A stretch of DNA of 64,000 bases from positions 122,518-186,517 of the IMG/VR virus record IMGVR_UViG_3300026521_000471; one strand, given 5' to 3'. How positions within the stretch are numbered: the stretch's first letter is position 1; every line of letters starts with the position of its first letter. This document shows positions 58,942-64,000 of the stretch, one piece after another. Made by a program: the position numbers and the translations under genes. The notes beneath the pieces were generated by a model. That model did no database searches, was not told the origin of the DNA, and saw only the letters and a program-made list of their open reading frames with translations. This DNA is from a virus.

Positions 58942-59301
58942 ACTCGGGTCTGCCACTACTTCCATTTAAATCTCATTTACAAGTTTAGTTTGATTTTTAA
59001 TACTTTAATACTTAGATAACCAAACAAATCGGTATTAAAGGCACTTGATATAATTTTCGTCTAAAGGTATCAAGTTTAACTTTAGCTTATCTATTTTTTA
59101 TTATACACTCTGTATTTATTAGTAAATAGACAACTAATAAACTGAGTGATTCCGGGCTCCCAGAGGGAGGATTAAGCAGCTACTCTCGCAGTCTGTGGAA
59201 TATAAAGTTTTGTGTTTGCATTTAAGCTTTTTTGATGATTAAGTCATCACTCTACTTGCAATTTAAATTTCTTATAGCAACATCGATCCCAATTCGGACC
59301 C
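58920..59301 (-). ncRNA. ssrA: tmRNA (SsrA), 382 nt
   Basis: Minus-strand 5' end GGGUCCGAAUUGGGAUCGAUG resembles the tmRNA 5' end GGGGCUGAUUCUGGAUUCGAC. The 3' end is ...CCGAGUUCAAUUCUCGGCGGAUCCACCA (T-arm plus acceptor plus CCA). The acceptor stem pairs with a G3:U70 wobble (alanine identity). An internal tag ORF (59219..59172) reads GCA AAC ACA AAA CUU UAU AUU CCA CAG ACU GCG AGA GUA GCU GCU UAA, giving ANTKLYIPQTARVAA, followed by a CUCCC/GGGAG helix. Confidence 0.8.
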
Positions 59302-59310
59302 ATAAAAAAT

Positions 59311-59337
59311 ATCAGTATATAGAAATTATATACTGAT
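59311..59337. other. perfect 11-bp-stem hairpin (ATCAGTATATA-gaaat-TATATACTGAT) just upstream of the tmRNA 5' end
   Basis: Read from the sequence; flanked by a T-run on the minus strand. Confidence 0.5.
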
Positions 59338-59575
59338 ATGATAATATCCTTTATTTTATACCCAAGGTAACAAAGAACCCTTTACATAAAAAAACACATA
59401 CGATATTAATTTATCTTTTTACTTGTAAGTAAATTAGAGCGTTATCAATTAAGATAAATACGTTCCATAAGAGTTATTTTCTCTAGGTCAATCTCTAAGA
59501 TAAAATTTTAAAGAGTAATTTAAATCTCTTATATATTTATTTTACAATTTTTAATTTAATTATAAGGTATTTTTT

Positions 59576-59584
59576 GATATAATA
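59576..59584 (+). promoter_or_regulatory. extended -10 promoter TGATATAAT upstream of rsr
   Basis: TTTTTTGATATAATATATTAC, 36 nt before ATG 59620, which carries a TAAGGAG ribosome-binding site. Confidence 0.45.
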
Positions 59585-59619
59585 TATTACAAATTTTAAA
59601 TAATTAAGGAGATTGTCCT

Positions 59620-61119
59620 ATGGCAAAATTTAACCAAGGTACTAAAAGTATCCCAAATAGTAAAAATATGGCTGGAGGGGTATCATATGATCGCCCAATA
59701 AAAAAAGAGGTTGCGACTGTTGTTTTAAACTCTATGCTTAATGGTGATTCATATTATGAAAAAGAAGGTGAACGTTTAAAACGAATTGAAACTCTTATCA
59801 CTACATCAAAGTCTGATGCTGAGTTTGTAGCAAAAGCTATGGTGTTTACTAGAACAAATGGTCGTCTTAGAAGTATTTCACATTTCATGGCAAATATTTT
59901 AGCAGAAAATGTAAAAGGTAGTGACTTTTTACGTTCAGCATTAACAAAAGCTATTGTAAGACCGGATGATATGACAGAAATGTTATCACTTTGGGATACA
60001 AGAAATCCAAATAAAATGGTTCCGAATTCACTTAGAAGAGCCTTTAAGAAAGCTTTGGAAACTAAATTTGATGAATATCAATTTCGTAAATATGCTCAAC
60101 CAAAATCAAAAGTGAAACTAAAAGATGTCGTTAAACTAGCACATCCTTCACCTAAGAATTTTGATGATGAAACTATTTTTAAAAGAGTTATCGAAGATCA
60201 ATTAAAGGCTGTTGAAACAGCACAAACTATCAATGCATCTAAAACTGGTGAAGATCGAGTTGAAGCATATATGAAAGAAATTAAATCTGGTAAAATGGGT
60301 TATATGGCAGCATTAAAAAATATTAGAACATTGATGGAAAATAATATTTCAGAAGATGACTTAAAACAATGGTCTAATTTTATAACTGATCCTAAAAGGG
60401 TACAAAAATCAATGGTACTTCCATTTAGATTTGTTGATGCATGGAATGCTGTAAAAGATTTACCTATTAATGAATTTAAGAAAAATATTGTTAAGAAAGC
60501 ACTTGAGAGAGCTTTTGCCCTATCAGCTGGAAATACAAATATTGCTTCTGATGATGAAAAAGTGGCTATTTTACTTGATGAATCAGGTTCTATGGGCGGA
60601 TATTCAAATAATGACCGTAAAACACCATTTTATATTGGTAAAGTATTATCAGCTGCGATGAAAGTAGGTATGGATGATGATAAGTGTCTGTTTTATACTT
60701 GGGCAGATACATGTACAAGAAGAGATATAAAAGGTTTGTCATCTTTTGATTTTATCAATAATTTAAATACTAGAGGTGGAGGTACTGATGTATCAGCTCC
60801 TTTAAAAGAGTTAATTAAAACAAAAACATTTGTTGATAAAATTATAATCTTTAGTGATATGCAGATGTATGGTGGATGGGGAAATATTGGAGATCAACTC
60901 AAAAATTATTTAAAAACATATCGTAAAGAAGTCAATCCAAATGTAAAAGTATTATTTTGGAATTTAGAAGGATATGGTGGTGGTTCACCATTAGATATTG
61001 AAAAAACATCTGATATTTTTGAAGTAGCTGGTTTTTCAGATAGCATGCTTCAAATTATACCTAAATTATGGAGTGATAAAGATTTTTTAATTAAAGAGAT
61101 TGAAGCTATATCACTTTAA
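59620..61119 (+). CDS. rsr: Ro60-related protein (Rsr): TROVE domain plus vWA domain
   Basis: N-terminal NMAGGVSYDRPIKKEVATVVLNSMLNGDSYYEKEGERL (TROVE), KLKDVVKLAHPSP (the Ro60 RLSHLKP region), vWA MIDAS VAILLDESGSMGG and TRGGGTD, IIFSDMQ, and C-terminal VAGFSDSMLQII (Ro60 CGFDTGALDVI). Confidence 0.8.
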   Translation: MAKFNQGTKSIPNSKNMAGGVSYDRPIKKEVATVVLNSMLNGDSYYEKEGERLKRIETLITTSKSDAEFVAKAMVFTRTNGRLRSISHFMANILAENVKGSDFLRSALTKAIVRPDDMTEMLSLWDTRNPNKMVPNSLRRAFKKALETKFDEYQFRKYAQPKSKVKLKDVVKLAHPSPKNFDDETIFKRVIEDQLKAVETAQTINASKTGEDRVEAYMKEIKSGKMGYMAALKNIRTLMENNISEDDLKQWSNFITDPKRVQKSMVLPFRFVDAWNAVKDLPINEFKKNIVKKALERAFALSAGNTNIASDDEKVAILLDESGSMGGYSNNDRKTPFYIGKVLSAAMKVGMDDDKCLFYTWADTCTRRDIKGLSSFDFINNLNTRGGGTDVSAPLKELIKTKTFVDKIIIFSDMQMYGGWGNIGDQLKNYLKTYRKEVNPNVKVLFWNLEGYGGGSPLDIEKTSDIFEVAGFSDSMLQIIPKLWSDKDFLIKEIEAISL

Positions 61120-61139
61120 TATTAGATAGGGAAACCTAT

Positions 61140-61970
61140 CTAATCAATGGGTGACAAATCAACTAATTCTTGATTTCCTTCTTCATCAATTTCAATCTCA
61201 AATTCTCTACCTTCTAAATTTTCTTTAGCATACTCATCACTATAATAATAGTCCCACGAAGTTTGTAAAGAGTTTTGTAATGTATCATAATGTTCTTCTA
61301 AAAGATTATTAACTTCTTCAACATAAAGCTCTATTTCATTTTCTATTTGACTTTCTATTTCAGCTCGTATTTCAGAAGTTAAATCATAAAATTCATTCAA
61401 ATCCATATTATAAACATCTTGAAAAAACATTTTTGATGCTTTAATGCCATCTTTAATACTATTCAATGAGTCTTTATATTCCGGTTCATAACCTAATTCA
61501 TTTAACCATTTTTCAATTGACTGTTCAACTTCAAAAACTATTTCGATTTGTTCTCCATCCTCTAATGGATCTAAAAAAATCCTTGATTCGATTTCACTAT
61601 CTATAACATCAGTATCGATATAATAATCTTCAGTTTCTAATTCATAATTTTGAAAACTATATGGAAGATCATAAACAAATGATTCTTTTTCAAATTCATC
61701 CAAACGAGATGACTTAATTTCTTTAATAGATTTATGACCATCATCGATTGTACCTCTATATTCTAATTCATTTCTATAAAGGTCGAATGTAAAACTATCT
61801 TCATCTATATCTATCCCAAATTCAGTTTTCATAGTATTGACAAAATCATCAAAAATCCACTCATACCAATCTTCAGGAACTAAAAATTCATCTTCCTGAA
61901 AATTAACAATTATTTCTTCTTTTAATTTTTGAGGTAAATCCTCAAATTTTACAATTTCAGTTTTAAACAT
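61140..61970 (-). CDS. hypothetical acidic protein
   Basis: ORF track. Confidence 0.45.
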   Translation of the reverse strand: MFKTEIVKFEDLPQKLKEEIIVNFQEDEFLVPEDWYEWIFDDFVNTMKTEFGIDIDEDSFTFDLYRNELEYRGTIDDGHKSIKEIKSSRLDEFEKESFVYDLPYSFQNYELETEDYYIDTDVIDSEIESRIFLDPLEDGEQIEIVFEVEQSIEKWLNELGYEPEYKDSLNSIKDGIKASKMFFQDVYNMDLNEFYDLTSEIRAEIESQIENEIELYVEEVNNLLEEHYDTLQNSLQTSWDYYYSDEYAKENLEGREFEIEIDEEGNQELVDLSPID

Positions 61971-62015
61971 AATATCTCCAATTAAGTTTTTATTATGTTT
62001 ATTTATACCTTATTT

Positions 62016-62291
62016 CTAATCATTACGGATGATACCAAATATTTCATCCATTTCAATAATTAATAATTTTTCTTTATCTAATTCAATTTCAGTACCAGAA
62101 AATTTTCCAAAAACAACTGTCGTACCAATATCTACACCGAAATCTTCTTTAGTATCATCGTTACATGCTACAATTTTTCCAAAAGATGGAGTTTCTTTTG
62201 ATGAATCAGGTATAATAATACCACTTGCTGTTGTTTTCTGAGCTTCCTCTACTTTTACCGCTACTCTAGTTCCTAATGGTTCAAAATTCAT
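62016..62291 (-). CDS. groES: co-chaperonin GroES / T4 gp31-like (Hsp10)
   Basis: MNFEPLGTRVAVKVEEAQKTTASGIIIPDSSKETPSFGKIVACNDD...GTTVVFGKFSGTEIELDKEKLLIIEMDEI matches the GroES mobile loop and beta-barrel signature. Confidence 0.8.
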   Translation of the reverse strand: MNFEPLGTRVAVKVEEAQKTTASGIIIPDSSKETPSFGKIVACNDDTKEDFGVDIGTTVVFGKFSGTEIELDKEKLLIIEMDEIFGIIRND

Positions 62292-62315
62292 TTTAATTCC
62301 TTATTTTTTATTTTA

Positions 62316-62606
62316 TTATACAAATTTTTCAGGGTATTTTTCTAACATTTTAGTAAACATTTTATGAAGATCATTAATATTTACTTTAAACTGCTCTTCT
62401 ATAACCTTATTAATACTTAATATAGTTTTTAACATGGCTTCATCTTCTGATTTTTCTAATAAATGTTTAGATTTTCTTTTTGTATTTCCTCGACCAACAT
62501 CAATAATACAAAACTTATTTGTAATCCTTAAAATTTTTCCAGTAGAAATTTTTCCAGACCACTCATCTTGATACCAAACTTGCATACCTATTTCAAAATC
62601 TTTCAT
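62316..62606 (-). CDS. hypothetical protein
   Basis: ORF track. Confidence 0.4.
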   Translation of the reverse strand: MKDFEIGMQVWYQDEWSGKISTGKILRITNKFCIIDVGRGNTKRKSKHLLEKSEDEAMLKTILSINKVIEEQFKVNINDLHKMFTKMLEKYPEKFV

Positions 62607-62643
62607 TTAAAACCTTATTAAAAAACTTATATTATATATATTA

Positions 62644-63717
62644 TTATACAATGAATGTAGCAATAAATGCCCATATCAATAATAAAATCTGCCAACCAAT
62701 TATAGCTTCAAAATAACGACGTATTGGAGTACCAAAATACCCACTACCAATAGATAAACATTTATGCATCGGTGATATATTATAGGCAAAAAATTCAAGA
62801 ACTAAAAACCATACTAAATATTGTACACCATAAATGGTTGTTAATAATGCTACAATTCCTGCAAACTTTCCACTACTACCCATTAACCAGCTCGAAATAA
62901 ATGCGAAGCTACTTATCGCTATTAATCCAGACATAGTACTAATATCAAATATATTTTTATGACTATTAATAAATTCTATAATTTCTGTATTGTGACTTTT
63001 AAAAAATACTGATAACATTAGAATTACACTCAATAATAAAACTAACCACCAGTTTACATACCCAAATAACTCTTTAATATTATATGATTTTGTTAGTATG
63101 ATATAATAAATTGTAAGAATACCAAATATTATGGCTCCATTAAAACCGAATGCTAATAATCCAACACCTACAATCAAAGGTATTGCACCAGTTATGAAAC
63201 GTTTAATATCATATTTATCAAAAATTGACGCATCTAATATTATATCACTTTCGTCAAATTTCCAAAATATATACCATACGATATATAAGAAAGTGATTAA
63301 AATTAATGGCCACACATACCCTATAAATGCTCCCCAACTTAATCCTAAAGCTGCCATCGGTAAAATTACTGTTTTCTCTAAAGGAGACCATAGATAATAA
63401 TGATGTGTTGATAAATAATCTATAATACCAAATTTAGATCTAGATTTCCTACATTTTCTTTCGCCTTGATTACAATTATCCTTACTGCAACATGGGGCTA
63501 AATTTGATAATATACCTGCAGAAACAGTCACTCTACCAGGTATCGGCAATATACCACCGATAAATGATATTAAAGCAATTACACCCCTTTTACTTGGAAT
63601 TTTTTCAGATATATACTTAAATACATCCACCATCAAATTATGTGTTTTCATAATTCCTGAACTTATCATTACACCGATAAGAAAAATTAAATATGTTTGT
63701 ACTAATAAATATGACAT
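62644..63717 (-). CDS. polytopic integral membrane protein (about 9-10 transmembrane helices)
   Basis: ORF track; hydrophobic helices throughout; ribosome-binding site AAAGGAGGAA upstream. Confidence 0.5.
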   Translation of the reverse strand: MSYLLVQTYLIFLIGVMISSGIMKTHNLMVDVFKYISEKIPSKRGVIALISFIGGILPIPGRVTVSAGILSNLAPCCSKDNCNQGERKCRKSRSKFGIIDYLSTHHYYLWSPLEKTVILPMAALGLSWGAFIGYVWPLILITFLYIVWYIFWKFDESDIILDASIFDKYDIKRFITGAIPLIVGVGLLAFGFNGAIIFGILTIYYIILTKSYNIKELFGYVNWWLVLLLSVILMLSVFFKSHNTEIIEFINSHKNIFDISTMSGLIAISSFAFISSWLMGSSGKFAGIVALLTTIYGVQYLVWFLVLEFFAYNISPMHKCLSIGSGYFGTPIRRYFEAIIGWQILLLIWAFIATFIV

Positions 63718-63796
63718 ATTTCCTCCTTTTGTATTAAGTATTTTACAAATTATGATATTTTATATAATAAATATACTTAAAATTAAGGAAAATTTA

Positions 63797-64000
63797 ATGT
63801 ATTTTGCAATAATTAATGAGAAAAATGAATATCTAAAAGTAGAATTTGTCGATAATATATTTTGTTTAAATAATAAAGGGGTGGTCTTTACTAGTAGTTC
63901 ATTAGAAGTAATAAAAAAAGTATTGGATGGGGGTGAGGGTACATTAGAAATACCCTCAAATAGTTTTAAAAATCTTAAAGCTGTACAATTAGCAATTAAT
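63797..64000 (+). CDS. hypothetical protein, 3' end cut by the window edge
   Basis: ATG 63797 after AAGGAA; open to the end of the window. Confidence 0.3.
   Translation, partial: MYFAIINEKNEYLKVEFVDNIFCLNNKGVVFTSSSLEVIKKVLDGGEGTLEIPSNSFKNLKAVQLAIN

Noticed and set aside
58920-59301. A tRNA with a large group-I-type intron (tRNA-like 5' and 3' halves 380 nt apart)
   Set aside because: The 5' end matches the tmRNA consensus (GGGxxxGAxUxGGAUxCGAxG) rather than a D-arm. A tag ORF with a GCA resume codon and a post-tag helix is present, and G3:U70 is the tmRNA/AlaRS identity pair. tmRNA explains everything without an intron.
1-64000. CRISPR array, rRNA, integrase, transposase or attachment-site-type integration module
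   Set aside because: No regularly spaced direct repeats and no recognisable recombinase or transposase motifs were seen in any frame.

Overview
This is an AT-rich (roughly 27-30% GC), densely coding, mostly plus-strand window that reads as part of a large (jumbo-type) tailed bacteriophage genome with T4-like gene content. No CRISPR array, rRNA, integrase or transposase is visible.

Recognisable genes include:
- GroEL (cut by the left window edge) and a GroES/gp31-like co-chaperonin.
- A gp52-like topoisomerase II subunit.
- A PIN-PhoH protein.
- A sigma-70-family sigma factor.
- An SLT lytic transglycosylase.
- A Dcd-family deaminase.
- A MoxR-type AAA+ ATPase.
- Nudix, HAD and metallophosphatase hydrolases.
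- An HD-domain alarmone hydrolase.

The most notable content is an unusually complete RNA repair and quality-control arsenal:
- A bacterial-type Pnkp (kinase-phosphatase-ligase) together with Hen1.
- A T4-type RNA ligase 1.
- A Thg1-like 3'-5' polymerase.
- A 2H phosphoesterase.
- SmpB plus a full minus-strand tmRNA gene, with the G3:U70 pair and a tag ORF reading ANTKLYIPQTARVAA.
- A Ro60/TROVE-vWA (Rsr) homologue, with room for a Y-RNA immediately upstream.

Other striking features:
- An SF2 (UvsW-like) helicase is split in its P-loop by an atypical split intein. The N-terminal fragment has a 28-aa IntN; the 137-aa IntC and helicase C-terminal half are encoded about 16 kb away on the opposite strand.
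- A DnaB/gp41-like helicase ends in a classical ~99-aa IntN whose partner is not in the window.
- Two TGT-fold (DpdA-like) paralogues in tandem, suggesting 7-deazaguanine DNA modification.
- A membrane GGDEF-EAL (c-di-GMP) protein next to an SPFH protein.
- A NAD-salvage pair (PncA, NadE) interrupted by an N-terminally truncated RlmN/Cfr-like radical-SAM methyltransferase.
- A GIY-YIG homing endonuclease flanked by a ~300-bp duplication of the phoH 3' end.
- A recurring extended -10 promoter motif (TTTGTATAAT).

Several ORF-track starts were TTG or GTG artefacts and have been moved to the nearest ATG with a ribosome-binding site.
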